A DNA stretch of 64,000 bases from Rapidithrix thailandica (GTDB taxonomy: Bacteria > Bacteroidota > Bacteroidia > Cytophagales > Flammeovirgaceae): the NCBI RefSeq assembly GCF_039710355.1, contig NZ_JBDKWZ010000026.1:1-64000 (forward strand), given 5' to 3'. The notes beneath the pieces are model-generated. The model did no database searches. It saw nothing but the letters and a program-made list of their open reading frames with translations, and had not been told where the DNA came from. This document shows positions 18,962 through 28,662 of this stretch, in pieces (position 1 is the first letter of the stretch; each line of letters starts with the position of its first letter). The translations under genes were made by a program, and so were the position numbers.

Positions 18962-19756
18962 TTACAAAGCGTATTGGATCTGATAGGCTTTCGGAGATTG
19001 CAGGGTATGTTTTTTAAAGAAATTGGAAAAGTAAAAAGGATCGTTAAAACCTAAGGAGTAAGCCACTTCTTTGACGGAAAGCTTTTGATATGTAAGCAAA
19101 CGCTTGGCCTCCGAAACCACCAACCCGTAAATCACATTTTGAGCCGTTTTGCCGGTATGGAGTTTGGCCTGTTCGTTTAGTTTGGCTTCGGTAGTACTGA
19201 GTAATGCAGCATATTGGCTCAAGGAGTAGTTGTGCTCAAAGTTCGATCGCACCAGCTCCAAAAATTTCAGGAATAAGGCATCCGGTTTATAAATTTCATC
19301 TCCCCGGTTCACTTTGGACCGGTTGATTTCCACCAAGATCAATTCGATTCTGGAATGTACGGAAATCAAATATTGATAGGGTTGCTCAAGCAGTTCTTCC
19401 CGGATTTGCTCCAATTGCCTTTCGATAACCGCATAATTTCGAACCGGAACCACTTCGTTCATTGCAAAATGACAAAACATACCATTGTGAAAAATCAGCT
19501 CTATGTCTTTGTCATCTTTACAGAAAAAATCCAAGGTAAATTCAAGGATGATTCCCTTCGTACCCGCTTGTAACTTTTTAAAATAGTGCACCTGTCCTGA
19601 GGTAATGGTTAACACATGCTTGGCGGGAACGTCCAATGCCATTTCATCCACCACCAACTCAGCACACCCTTCGGCACACCAAATCAACACATATTTCATC
19701 AAGCGTTTAGGCGTGGTCAAACGCTCATAGTCTTCAAAGGTTTTCAGGTTGATCAT
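18962..19756 (-). CDS. AraC family transcriptional regulator
   Basis: 264 aa. C-terminal AraC-type HTH (SLSQYAALLSTTEAKLNE...VAYSLGFNDPFYFSNFFKKHT). Confidence 0.8.
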   Translation of the reverse strand: MINLKTFEDYERLTTPKRLMKYVLIWCAEGCAELVVDEMALDVPAKHVLTITSGQVHYFKKLQAGTKGIILEFTLDFFCKDDKDIELIFHNGMFCHFAMNEVVPVRNYAVIERQLEQIREELLEQPYQYLISVHSRIELILVEINRSKVNRGDEIYKPDALFLKFLELVRSNFEHNYSLSQYAALLSTTEAKLNEQAKLHTGKTAQNVIYGLVVSEAKRLLTYQKLSVKEVAYSLGFNDPFYFSNFFKKHTLQSPKAYQIQYAL

Positions 19757-19815
19757 ATTCCGGATACTAAAAATTTACCTGACTAAAATAAGGAAAAAAG
19801 CTTGTTAAGCGAATT

Positions 19816-20451
19816 TTAAGTAGACGTGATCATTGTTCTAAAGGTCAGGTTCACTCTTGGTGTTTTTACTTTTTTGGTTTTGGGCAGACTGTGCAACCAG
19901 TGGGTTTGCGTACTCCCTTTCATTTCCAACAGACTGCCTCTTTCCAGTATTACCGATACGGTCGTTTTATCTTGTTTGTGCTTGAAGGCAAACTTCCGGT
20001 CTGCTCCCAAACTCAACGAAGCAATGCTTGTATTTTTGCCCAATTCCTTTTCATCGTCACTATGCCAGGCCATTCCCTCCTCGCCATTGTGGTACAGGTT
20101 TAGTAAACAAGAATTGTATGGTGTTCCGGTATAGGATTCGACCAAAGCTTTTAACTCCAGCAATTCTTTTGTCCAAGGCAATGCTTGTTTGGTGGTGTTG
20201 GAATAAGTATAGGCATAGTTACGGTCGCCATACCAGGCGGCCTTTCGTTTGGTAATAATATGTTTGCCAAAGATCACCGCTTCATCGTTTTTCCAGGCAA
20301 TGGTATCCAACAAGCGTTCAAAATAATGTTGGGCCTTATCAACCGGTAGAATTTTTCCAAAGTAGAGTGCGGTACCGTCCTTTGGCAGTAAGTTGTTGGC
20401 AGGCCCGGTATGAAATAAGCTCGTTTTTATCGGTTGTTTTTTGTTTTCCAT
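19816..20451 (-). CDS. alkB: alpha-ketoglutarate-dependent dioxygenase AlkB (alkylated DNA/RNA repair)
   Basis: AlkB-like 2OG-Fe(II) fold with HSDDE...H motif (MAWHSDDEKELGKNTSIASLSLGADRKFAFKHK...HWLHSLP). Start placed at internal MENKKQ. The longer ORF (to 20484) overlaps the upstream gene. Confidence 0.8.
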   Translation of the reverse strand: MENKKQPIKTSLFHTGPANNLLPKDGTALYFGKILPVDKAQHYFERLLDTIAWKNDEAVIFGKHIITKRKAAWYGDRNYAYTYSNTTKQALPWTKELLELKALVESYTGTPYNSCLLNLYHNGEEGMAWHSDDEKELGKNTSIASLSLGADRKFAFKHKQDKTTVSVILERGSLLEMKGSTQTHWLHSLPKTKKVKTPRVNLTFRTMITST

Positions 20452-20675
20452 TGTTTGTATTTTTCTGACATACAATGCCCACAAGGGCGGTATCCTTCCT
20501 CAAGTGCTTCTGCTTCCGAGGCAAAAAACACACGGGTTTCCCTGCGCATTCTTTTGCCCGATTTACAGTGAAGACTCCCATAAATTTTTAACTTTTGATT
20601 TCCCCCATAGCAAAGCTCCTGATGCTTGATTTTCATCAATAAATCGAAAGAGTGAATTTCCTTGTGATAAATCAT
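20427..20675 (-). CDS. stand-alone Ada N-terminal Zn-binding (methylphosphotriester-sensor) domain protein
   Basis: 82 aa with four Cys spaced as in Ada_Zn_binding (ELCYGG...LHCKSG...RVFFASEAEALEEGYRPCGHCM). Confidence 0.65.
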   Translation of the reverse strand: MIYHKEIHSFDLLMKIKHQELCYGGNQKLKIYGSLHCKSGKRMRRETRVFFASEAEALEEGYRPCGHCMSEKYKQWKTKNNR

Positions 20676-20678
20676 AAC

Positions 20679-21392
20679 TCAACTCAATGCATCGTGAAAA
20701 ATAATTCCCAAGGTGTACCTTTCACCCTGATGGATTTCGCTTACCCCATGCTTCACCGTAACCTTATAATACCCTCTGTTCCCTTTATGGGGTCGAAAGT
20801 TGGTGGTGAATATCAAAACATCCCCTTTTTGAGGACGTAATACCTTAGCTTGGGACTGGGCCATATAGTTTTGTTGTGTCAACACAAATTCTCCTCCGGT
20901 ATAGTCGTCTTCCGGCTCACTTAAAAACAAAACAAGCTGAAAGGGAAAATAAATTTCTCCGTACAAATCTTGGTGAAGCGTGTTATATCCTCCTTCCCCG
21001 TATTTCAAAATCAGAGGAGTCGGTTTTAATTGATTCTTTTGATGACACGCTTCTTGCAAAGCTTGTAAAGTACCGGGATACACCCGGTTTATGTTTAACT
21101 TCTTCATCCACTGATTGGCAAGAGGCACCAACCGGGGATAGACTTCCTCCCGGAGGGTTTGAACCAAAGGCGGCAGAGGGTAATCAAAATATTTGTATTC
21201 TCCCAAACCAAAGCGATAACGCTCCATGGCCACCGTTTTGCGATAAATCCCTTGTTTGTCATACAACTGTCGAAGCTCCTCACATTGGATATCTGACAGC
21301 ATGCGGGAAATCGTTGCATATCCTTTTTGATGAATACGCGAAGTAGTGGCTTGCCAATCAATGTTGACAAGCTGTGCCCTTAAGTTTTCCAT
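20679..21392 (-). CDS. 2OG-Fe(II) oxygenase superfamily protein (non-AlkB)
   Basis: 237 aa. HxD...H iron-binding triad candidates (TLHQDLYGE ... KHGVSEIHQGERYTLGIIFH). Jelly-roll-like C-terminal half. Confidence 0.6.
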   Translation of the reverse strand: MENLRAQLVNIDWQATTSRIHQKGYATISRMLSDIQCEELRQLYDKQGIYRKTVAMERYRFGLGEYKYFDYPLPPLVQTLREEVYPRLVPLANQWMKKLNINRVYPGTLQALQEACHQKNQLKPTPLILKYGEGGYNTLHQDLYGEIYFPFQLVLFLSEPEDDYTGGEFVLTQQNYMAQSQAKVLRPQKGDVLIFTTNFRPHKGNRGYYKVTVKHGVSEIHQGERYTLGIIFHDALS

Positions 21393-21407
21393 GGTTTTCG
21401 TTTCGAA

Positions 21408-22250
21408 TTATGAATTGGTTTTCGCAGCTTCCCATCCGATGATGGCCGTTTTACGAGTATTGCCCCACATATAGCCCCCAATTGCACCACTGGACTGGAT
21501 CACTCTGTGACAGGGAATTAAAAAAGCAACCGGGTTACTTCCTATGGCCGTGCCCACGGCTCTGGAAGCTTTGGGATTTTGTATCTCTTCTGCAATTTTG
21601 CCATAGGTAGACAATTGTCCCATAGGAATTTTCAAAAGGGATTCCCATACTTTTAACTGAAAGGCCGTTCCTTTTAAGTGTAATTTGATTTGGTCAATTT
21701 TATTCCAGTCATGTGAAAAGATATACAAGGCATTTTGCTGAATGAGGTCCACTTTCTGTTTGAACCGGGCATTGGGAAAGTGCTTTTGCAAATCGGCTAG
21801 CGATTGAGACTCACTGTTTGTAAAAGCCATATGGCAGATACCTTTGGCCGTAGAAGCTACGAGGATATCGCCAAACGGACTTTCGGCAAAGCTGTAATGA
21901 ATAGAAAGGCTTTCTCCTCCGTTCTTAAATTCACCGGGCGACATCCCTTCTATTTTCACAAATAAATCATGCAACCTGCCCGTACCGGAAAGTCCCGTTT
22001 CATATGCGGCCTCCATCAAGCTTGTTTGCTTCTCTTTCAGAATTTGCTTGGCATATTTCACACTGATAAACTGCAAAAATTTTTTAGGACTGACTCCTGC
22101 CCAATCGGTAAACATCCGTTGAAAATGAAAAGGGCTCAGGTGCACTTTGTCAGCCACTTCTTCCAGGTTGGGTTGCGTTTTAAAATTCGCCTGAATGTAT
22201 TCAATGGCTTGCGCAATCCGCTTATAATTGATATGTTCGTTCTGTTCCAT
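21408..22250 (-). CDS. ada: AraC-type HTH fused to methylated-DNA-protein-cysteine methyltransferase (Ada/AdaB-like regulator-repair protein)
   Basis: N-terminal AraC HTH (LEEVADKVHLSPFHFQRMFTDWAGVSPKKF). C-terminal MGMT domain with active-site PCHRV (VAFLIPCHRVIQSSGAIGGY). Confidence 0.8.
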   Translation of the reverse strand: MEQNEHINYKRIAQAIEYIQANFKTQPNLEEVADKVHLSPFHFQRMFTDWAGVSPKKFLQFISVKYAKQILKEKQTSLMEAAYETGLSGTGRLHDLFVKIEGMSPGEFKNGGESLSIHYSFAESPFGDILVASTAKGICHMAFTNSESQSLADLQKHFPNARFKQKVDLIQQNALYIFSHDWNKIDQIKLHLKGTAFQLKVWESLLKIPMGQLSTYGKIAEEIQNPKASRAVGTAIGSNPVAFLIPCHRVIQSSGAIGGYMWGNTRKTAIIGWEAAKTNS

Positions 22251-22364
22251 AGTGCTTGGGTTTTCTCTATGACAAATGTAGAAAGCATTGCCTCAGTTAA
22301 AAACCCGGAACTTGCTCAATTCTCTATCCGGCTCGGGAAGCTTAGGTTTATGTATCTACTTGTA

Positions 22365-22859
22365 TCATTCGCTTTTATCATAAAGCTTTTGCTTTTTCGA
22401 CAACTTCTCCATCATCTTGACGATGCGCGAAACTTTGGTTTCGTCGGTTTTGGCGGCATAAATCCAATCCAGATAAGCCTTTTGTTCGCTCTCGGTAAAG
22501 CTGACAAACGCTTCATAGACCTTTTTAGGTTCGTTTTCAAAACAGAGAATAACCTCCTCCGGAATTTCCAGGGGCGAATGGTCCGCATACAGTGTAATTT
22601 TGACCATGTCCCCGGCTTCTTTCTTGATTTCCTTTCGGATGGCCGCTTTCACCGGAAGAAACAATTTGCCATTGCCCATGGGCATAAGTTTTACATGTTT
22701 TAAGGCATATCCGTCAATGGTACCGCTAACGGTCCTCCATCCGAAAGGTACTTTTTTAGCCTGTGGAATTTCAGGAATAAGGGCATAGGTCCATCCTCCT
22801 TTTCCAGAGAATTTTTCCAACAAGTACCTTTGCTCTACCAATGGGTTTTCTTCAGGCAT
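22365..22859 (-). CDS. DUF1905 + YdeI/OmpD-associated (bacteriocin-protection-like) family protein
   Basis: 164 aa. N-terminal beta-rich DUF1905-like segment (KGGWTYALIPEIP...FGWRTVSGTIDG). C-terminal helical YdeI-like segment (KKVYEAFVSFTESEQKAYLDWIYAAKTDETKVSRI). Confidence 0.55.
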   Translation of the reverse strand: MPEENPLVEQRYLLEKFSGKGGWTYALIPEIPQAKKVPFGWRTVSGTIDGYALKHVKLMPMGNGKLFLPVKAAIRKEIKKEAGDMVKITLYADHSPLEIPEEVILCFENEPKKVYEAFVSFTESEQKAYLDWIYAAKTDETKVSRIVKMMEKLSKKQKLYDKSE

Positions 22860-22962
22860 ATCGGTGTTTTTTTAACTCTTCAAGGTTTCCAAAATAGTAC
22901 GGTATAGCAAGTATATAAGTCTATCGTAAAAACCTTGAAGGGTTAATTTCAGATCAATTCAC

Positions 22963-23838
22963 TCAATTATCTATCAGTTTATTTTCTATGGCCCAAGCCA
23001 ACAGTTTTTCATCGAATTCAGCCGGTTGCTCGAATTGCGGGTAATGCGCGCTTTCTTCAAAAAGCTCCACCTGTATATGCTTGAACACAGGTACTACTTT
23101 ATCCCATAGAGAAGGAGGTCCGGTGACGTAATCGTATTTACCCAAGGCCAAAAGTACGGGCTTTTCGAGTTTGTCCAAGTCCTTTGTAATGTCGATGTCC
23201 CTGAACACTTTGCCCCATACATAATCGATCATTTGCATATTGGTTTCCACGCCTTCCCATAAAGCTGCCGCATCAAAGTCATATTGAAACCAGTTGCGGG
23301 GTCCGGCACACAGGCAGTAATCGACAAAGCGTTTTTCGGGCTTGGCTTGAATCAGGCCGGGTAGTTTTGCCATATTCTTTGCATACAAATCTTTTCTTTC
23401 AGCCGAAGCGGTAGTTTCAAAAAAAGCATCGGTGGCTTGGTGCATGGCCTCGCTGTAATCGGGACTGACACCAATCATAACGCTCCCCAGTACATGCTGT
23501 GGGAATTTTTTGGCATATTCCAGGGCCATAAAGGCATGCCCCGAATGCCCGACAATCAAAAATTGCTCAAGGTTTAAATGCCGTCTAAGCGCTTCGATAT
23601 CCTGTAGCAAAATGTCCAACGCGTAAGCACTGTTTTCAAGCGGCTCTTCCGGTGGAGCCACAAAGCCCCTATGATCCATAAAAATCAATTGAAGGTGTTC
23701 TCTTAATTCTTTGGAAAAGGCTCTTGCATAAAAACGATTGCTTCCGATAATGAGCGTAGGTATTCCACGGCCTTCCATACAGTAATCTAGTGAAAAGCCA
23801 TCAACGACTACTGTTCCTTTTGTTTGGTTGGATATCAT
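22963..23838 (-). CDS. alpha/beta hydrolase (proline iminopeptidase-like)
   Basis: 291 aa. Nucleophile elbow (IVGHSGHAF). HRGF near the N-terminus, typical of the alpha/beta fold. Confidence 0.75.
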   Translation of the reverse strand: MISNQTKGTVVVDGFSLDYCMEGRGIPTLIIGSNRFYARAFSKELREHLQLIFMDHRGFVAPPEEPLENSAYALDILLQDIEALRRHLNLEQFLIVGHSGHAFMALEYAKKFPQHVLGSVMIGVSPDYSEAMHQATDAFFETTASAERKDLYAKNMAKLPGLIQAKPEKRFVDYCLCAGPRNWFQYDFDAAALWEGVETNMQMIDYVWGKVFRDIDITKDLDKLEKPVLLALGKYDYVTGPPSLWDKVVPVFKHIQVELFEESAHYPQFEQPAEFDEKLLAWAIENKLIDN

Positions 23839-24075
23839 ATTAGTATAACATCTGTGTCATTAAAAGTACAAAAATAGAGGATCACCCGAAGTTCCTTTTA
23901 CAGAAGAGTAGAAAATTCCCTTATAAAATCACCGCTTTTGGCACTTGAACAGCGGAAGTTTGTGTTTTTGTCCCCTTAAATGTCGTATTCGCCCCTCAAG
24001 ACGCATTGCAATAGCCCTTACCTTTGTTATATCACCAACATTTCAAAAACTTAAACTATTCTAATCCCAAATACT

Positions 24076-24651
24076 ATGAAAAAATTGAAATTACAAGTAC
24101 AAATGTCACTGGACGGATTTGTAGCAGGCCCTAACGGAGAAATGGATTGGATGACCTGGAACTGGAGCGAGGATATCAAAAATTATGTAAGTGAACTCAC
24201 AGAATCTGTAGATACCATTCTTTTAGGCAGAAAAATGGCCGGGGGGTTTATCGCTCACTGGACCAATACAATGAACAACCCGGATGAACCGGAACAACAT
24301 CCCTTTGCCAGAAAGATGGTGAAATATTCTAAAGTAGTTTTTTCGCAAACCTTACAATCTTCAGAATGGGACAATACCGAACTCGCCATAGGAGAGCTGA
24401 ATGAAGATGTAAAAGCGATCAAAAACCGCAGTGGGAAAGACATCATCGTATATGGAGGAGCCAGTTTTAATGCTTCGCTGATTAAGGCAGGTCTTATTGA
24501 TGAGTTTCACTTGTTTGTCAACCCGACAGTGATCGGAAAAGGCTTGAGCATTTTTAAAGAAATTGAAGAAAAACAAAATTTACAACTGAAAAAAGCCATT
24601 CCTTTTGATTGCGGTATTGTGTTAATGCATTACGAACCCAAAAAAGGATAA
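24076..24651 (+). CDS. dihydrofolate reductase family protein (RibD C-terminal domain-like)
   Basis: 191 aa. KLQVQMSLDGFVAGPNGEMDW... and GRKM..., typical of the YwjB/RibD_C reductase fold. Confidence 0.75.
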   Translation: MKKLKLQVQMSLDGFVAGPNGEMDWMTWNWSEDIKNYVSELTESVDTILLGRKMAGGFIAHWTNTMNNPDEPEQHPFARKMVKYSKVVFSQTLQSSEWDNTELAIGELNEDVKAIKNRSGKDIIVYGGASFNASLIKAGLIDEFHLFVNPTVIGKGLSIFKEIEEKQNLQLKKAIPFDCGIVLMHYEPKKG

Positions 24652-24981
24652 GAAATTCAAGCTGTCGCCAACGATCAATGAAGAAACAGTGAATGAGTGA
24701 TGGGGTGAAATCGTGAGCGAATAGTGATAACTTTTCTCTGAAAAGATGAACAATAGTTGATAAAGGGTCAATTAAAAACTTAACCAGAGCCTTGTATACG
24801 ATTGTTTTGCCACTTTCACGCTCATTCGCCATTTCACTCATTCACTAAAGTACATGACCACTTGAATGACCATTGCATATAATCTACAGTTCCGTAGATG
24901 CTTCGCAAGTTTATCATTTTTGAAAATACCGGATAGATAAACCGGTTTGTCCAAGGGTCGTTTGGTGAAGCGAAAATGAGA

Positions 24982-25554
24982 TTAAAAAAATAACTCCTTG
25001 AGTTGCCCTGTCCAGTGCTCCACCATTTCGTTCGAAGGATGGTCTGCTTTATCAAAGAAGAAATGCTTGACAATTTCTAAACCGCAGTAGGTGTAAATCC
25101 CCATATCCGAAGTTAATGACAATGCTTGATCCATGCCGGACGCTCCGTATTCGGGCTTTGATTTCCCATGAGTGTTGATGATCAAAACCTGTTTACCCGT
25201 CAACAAACCTTTTTGAACGCCTTGATCGTAACGATAGGCAAACCCATAACTGAAGACTCTGTCGATATATCCTTTTAGAATAGCCGGCAATCCCGTCCAC
25301 CAGATCGGATGTATAAAGGTCAGGCAATCCGCCCATAAGATAAACTCTTGCTCCCGTTTTACATCCTCCGCTACCTGCCCTTGGCGTTGTCCGTCTAGGT
25401 CTTCCGGGGAGAGTATGGGATTGAAACCTAGTTGGTACAAATCCCTCATCACTACTTCGTGGCCATAGTTCCATAAATGTTCGGCCAGGATCTCTTTCAA
25501 ATAGCCATTCAAACTGTTTTGATACGGATGTGCATAAATGATCAGATGTCTCAT
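24982..25554 (-). CDS. NAD(P)H dehydrogenase (quinone)/flavodoxin-like FMN reductase
   Basis: MRHLIIYAHPYQNSLNGYLKEILAEHL... flavodoxin_2/NQO1-like N-terminus. Start placed at internal Met; the ORF extends to 25584. Confidence 0.75.
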   Translation of the reverse strand: MRHLIIYAHPYQNSLNGYLKEILAEHLWNYGHEVVMRDLYQLGFNPILSPEDLDGQRQGQVAEDVKREQEFILWADCLTFIHPIWWTGLPAILKGYIDRVFSYGFAYRYDQGVQKGLLTGKQVLIINTHGKSKPEYGASGMDQALSLTSDMGIYTYCGLEIVKHFFFDKADHPSNEMVEHWTGQLKELFF

Positions 25555-25626
25555 AATTGTTCCTTTTAAAATTTGATATTCCAAAAGTAGGCAGACACCT
25601 TTCGTAAAAATTGTAAGAAAACGAAA

Positions 25627-26448
25627 TCAGGATTTAGGATTACAAATATCCTGTTGGAATTTGAGGTAATTGGTAGGACTGAGGTTCAGATAATACTTAA
25701 AATCCCGGATCAACTGGCTTTGATCGTAGTAATTACACCTACTGACAATTTCAAGCCAATCGACTTTGGAAGCGGTGGAGGCCATATGTTGCACATGCTC
25801 GATGGCTGTTAAAAAGCGTTGATAACGGCTCAGTTCTTTTGCGGAATAGCCCAAGTGCATTTTATGCCGGAGTTGGATGTTGCGTTCGCTCTGTTTGTTT
25901 TGATAAGCAATGGTTTTAACCGGATTTAACAAGTTATTCTCAAAACCAGACAACTGTTTTACAATGGAGTTTTGCTCTCCCAAATAAGGTCTGCAAAATG
26001 CAAGGATACGGTTCACCCGGTCACTGGTATTTTCTATTTTGTTGAGTTCATACCACAAGGCAGTAAAGCAATTTTCCTCCGATAATTCATCCGGATTCAC
26101 CGGTAAGCTTTCCCTCACAGCCGCTACTCCAAAAAAGCGAAAGAAAGCGTCATTTTTAAAATTTACCACCAATATTTCCGAAGCAACGGGTAAGGAATAG
26201 GCAAAGGCCTGTTTTATCGGCCCCAATACCAGGCATCTGCCCATTTCGATATGCGTATTTTGTGGCGAGTGCAACAGCGCTTTGGCTCCGAAGTTAAAAA
26301 CCATAATTGTTTGATAAGAAGGTAATAACGTTTTGGTAACCGTCTGATCCGATTGGTTTACGGCATAATAAAAGTGGGAAAATACTTCTTCGAATTCTCC
26401 CGGAACGGCAATTCTTCTGTTGAGATAGGCTTGATGCTTTTCCTTCAT
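25627..26448 (-). CDS. AraC-family-like transcriptional regulator
   Basis: 273 aa. C-terminal HTH-like segment (...SQLIRDFKYYLNLSPTNYLK). Weak N-terminal similarity only. Confidence 0.5.
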   Translation of the reverse strand: MKEKHQAYLNRRIAVPGEFEEVFSHFYYAVNQSDQTVTKTLLPSYQTIMVFNFGAKALLHSPQNTHIEMGRCLVLGPIKQAFAYSLPVASEILVVNFKNDAFFRFFGVAAVRESLPVNPDELSEENCFTALWYELNKIENTSDRVNRILAFCRPYLGEQNSIVKQLSGFENNLLNPVKTIAYQNKQSERNIQLRHKMHLGYSAKELSRYQRFLTAIEHVQHMASTASKVDWLEIVSRCNYYDQSQLIRDFKYYLNLSPTNYLKFQQDICNPKS

Positions 26449-26757
26449 TGACTTTACCCAAAAAGGATTTAATATTTTATAAAGACTTTATACAAAGGTA
26501 GTTTCTTTTTGGAAGTAAAGAGGGATCGGCATGTCATACGGATACCGCATCCGGCACCCTTCGTTTTTTCCATTTACGGTAATTTCCAAACATGATAAGC
26601 AAACTGATACTCGTAAAACAAACGGCTATGAGATAAGGAGCACCGGGGAAATATTTTTTAAATTATTCTGCCTGGCCCCTATGATGTTGATGGTTTTCAT
26701 GGCTTTGTATAGTTGCCGAAGATTATGTCGCCTTTTTTAAGACCGGGCAAAAACACT

Positions 26758-27132
26758 TTATTCAACAGGCGGCCACTTCCCTTTTTGTTTGGCAATATCA
26801 ATTAGCCGTTGTCCCTGTTCGGTCATCAAGCCCGCTTGAGTCAGTCTTTCCACTCTTTCTATATTGGGTTTGCTCCAATGGCTGTTGGGTCTGCGGGGAG
26901 AAAACCGCTGATAAAAACTTTCATCGTCCCGTTTGTTTGCCAAAGAATCGATCTAGCCAAAACACAGTGCTTCCTCCACTGCTTCGTGGTGAGGGATTCC
27001 TTCCATTTTGCTTTTTTTGCGGCAAATAATCAGACAAACTTCTTTTTTGGATTGGCTATTTTGCTCCAGCCATTTGCGCCATTGCGAGCGGGTTTTGGCA
27101 TAAAAAGTTTCAATACCTCTGTTGGTTTCCAT
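26758..27132 (-). pseudogene. YdeI/OmpD-associated family ORF interrupted by an in-frame TAG at a conserved Trp position
   Basis: Minus-strand translation METNRGIETFYAKTRSQWRKWLEQNSQSKKEVCLIICRKK..EALCFG*IDSLANKRDDESFYQRFSPRRPNSHWSKPNIERVERL... stays in one frame across a TAG (plus-strand cta at 26953-26955). Family members carry GWIDS there (TGG to TAG). Confidence 0.5.
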
Positions 27133-27150
27133 GATGCTTTCCGGTTACGT

Positions 27151-27597
27151 TTAATTTTTATCGGTTGAATTGAGTATCTCGAGGTAATGGCGGTTGTACA
27201 TAATGCCCAACACATTTCCGAAAGGGTCTATAACTGATGCCGTCACAAAGCCCTCTCCCCGTTCGATAACAGGTTGGTATTCCTTGGCCCCCATGGCAAT
27301 GAGCTTTTCCATGATTCCCTCTAAATCCTCCACATGCCAGTAGATAATAGCCCCGCCCGGAGAATGCATGGCTCCATTTGGCGCGTACTTGCTGTCGATA
27401 ATGCCCAACTCGTGTTGATAGTCGCCCAGACGGAATTCTATATAGCCTGGCACTTCAAAGTAAGGAGAGACCTCCAGTAATTCAGTATACCATTTCTTAG
27501 CTGCGTCCAGGTCGGATGCATAAAAACTCACCGTTGAAAGTCCTCGTAAGACGGATGATTTAGCCATTGAATTTTTGTTTAAAATTGATCTATTCAA
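27151..27597 (-). CDS. VOC family protein (glyoxalase/bleomycin-resistance fold)
   Basis: 148 aa with two beta-alpha-beta-beta-beta modules (LSTVSFYASDLDAAKKWYTELLEV ... GAIIYWHVEDLEGIMEKLIAMGAKE). Confidence 0.8.
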   Translation of the reverse strand: MNRSILNKNSMAKSSVLRGLSTVSFYASDLDAAKKWYTELLEVSPYFEVPGYIEFRLGDYQHELGIIDSKYAPNGAMHSPGGAIIYWHVEDLEGIMEKLIAMGAKEYQPVIERGEGFVTASVIDPFGNVLGIMYNRHYLEILNSTDKN

Positions 27598-27896
27598 AAG
27601 TAAAATGGCCGGGTGACAGCCCTATGTCAGTAGGGAGATACAGTTTGTTAAAAAAACTTTGAGGCACTACCAGGAAAGACTTATTCTCGTTGAAAAATGT
27701 CAGCGTATGTTTAGTAGTCGTTCGGAATTTCTTATCTGTTAAAACAACTTCTTTTTACCAGTAAAAAGCCTTAAGATGAAATCTAACTCCGTTTCCCATC
27801 TATAGTTAAGAATGGCCCCGTATGAATGGCTCACAAAACAAGAAGGCAAGAGCCGTAGGACTCTTGCTGTGTATCATGATGCCGTAGCTCCACGGG

Positions 27897-28583
27897 TCAA
27901 ACCGAGTGATTCCGCAGCGTGAGCATTTCATTGCCACCCTTTTGAAACTCGTAGTTCACCTTTGAAACGATCAATTCATAATCGGTCCCGAATGTTTCCA
28001 ATATACCGTCAAGTACTTCTGATTTTCCGGCATTCAGATTCACGATCGGAAAGATTCTCACTTCTTTACAAAGCCGCAGCATTTCGCGGATGGATTGCAG
28101 GTGAAAATCAAGCCCGAGTTGTGCGTAGAGTATTAAAAAATGAGAACTAAGCCCCAGGTCGAAGGCTTGATCTGCAAACTCGGTTTTAGCCGGTAATTCA
28201 TGATAAAGGTACCTGCTTTTACTGCTTTCCTTTTCGAAATCAGCCAAAAAACTCGCCATCGCTTCCATGCGTATTCTTTCCAGTTCGTCAATGCTTTTGA
28301 TGCTTGTCCAGACAAAGTTATCTCGGTTCTCTTGCATCTGCCGGATGATCGTGTCTTTGGTTTCGTGGATCCGCTCCCGCAGCTCATCGGCTGTAAACTG
28401 GTAAACCGGGTCCAAGGAGGTCACTTCTTTACCTTGCCGGTGCATTTCCAAATTGAAACTAGCCGGCCCGTCACCAAAGCTGATGATCCGTTTACTTAAG
28501 TCATGGGCTGTCAACGCAAACATATTGGTGTACTCTTCCAGGTTTCTCCCCCAGGGGACAACATTTTTTAATTCGAAGGCCAT
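27897..28583 (-). CDS. hypothetical protein (possible Rossmann/SAM-methyltransferase-like N-terminus)
   Basis: ORF 27897..28658. Start placed at internal MAFELKN. ISFGDGPASFNLE resembles a motif-I glycine loop, but this is weak. Confidence 0.4.
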   Translation of the reverse strand: MAFELKNVVPWGRNLEEYTNMFALTAHDLSKRIISFGDGPASFNLEMHRQGKEVTSLDPVYQFTADELRERIHETKDTIIRQMQENRDNFVWTSIKSIDELERIRMEAMASFLADFEKESSKSRYLYHELPAKTEFADQAFDLGLSSHFLILYAQLGLDFHLQSIREMLRLCKEVRIFPIVNLNAGKSEVLDGILETFGTDYELIVSKVNYEFQKGGNEMLTLRNHSV

Positions 28584-28662
28584 CGTTTTCTGTATTAAAT
28601 GTTTGTAGGGATTAGATTTCCGGTGGAAAACAGTTGATTTTTGCCTGTTACCTATCAAGCGC

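Noticed and set aside
21969-22703. 244-aa plus-strand ORF overlapping ada and the DUF1905 gene
   Set aside because: It is antisense to two well-supported genes and has a low-complexity Phe/Leu-rich translation.
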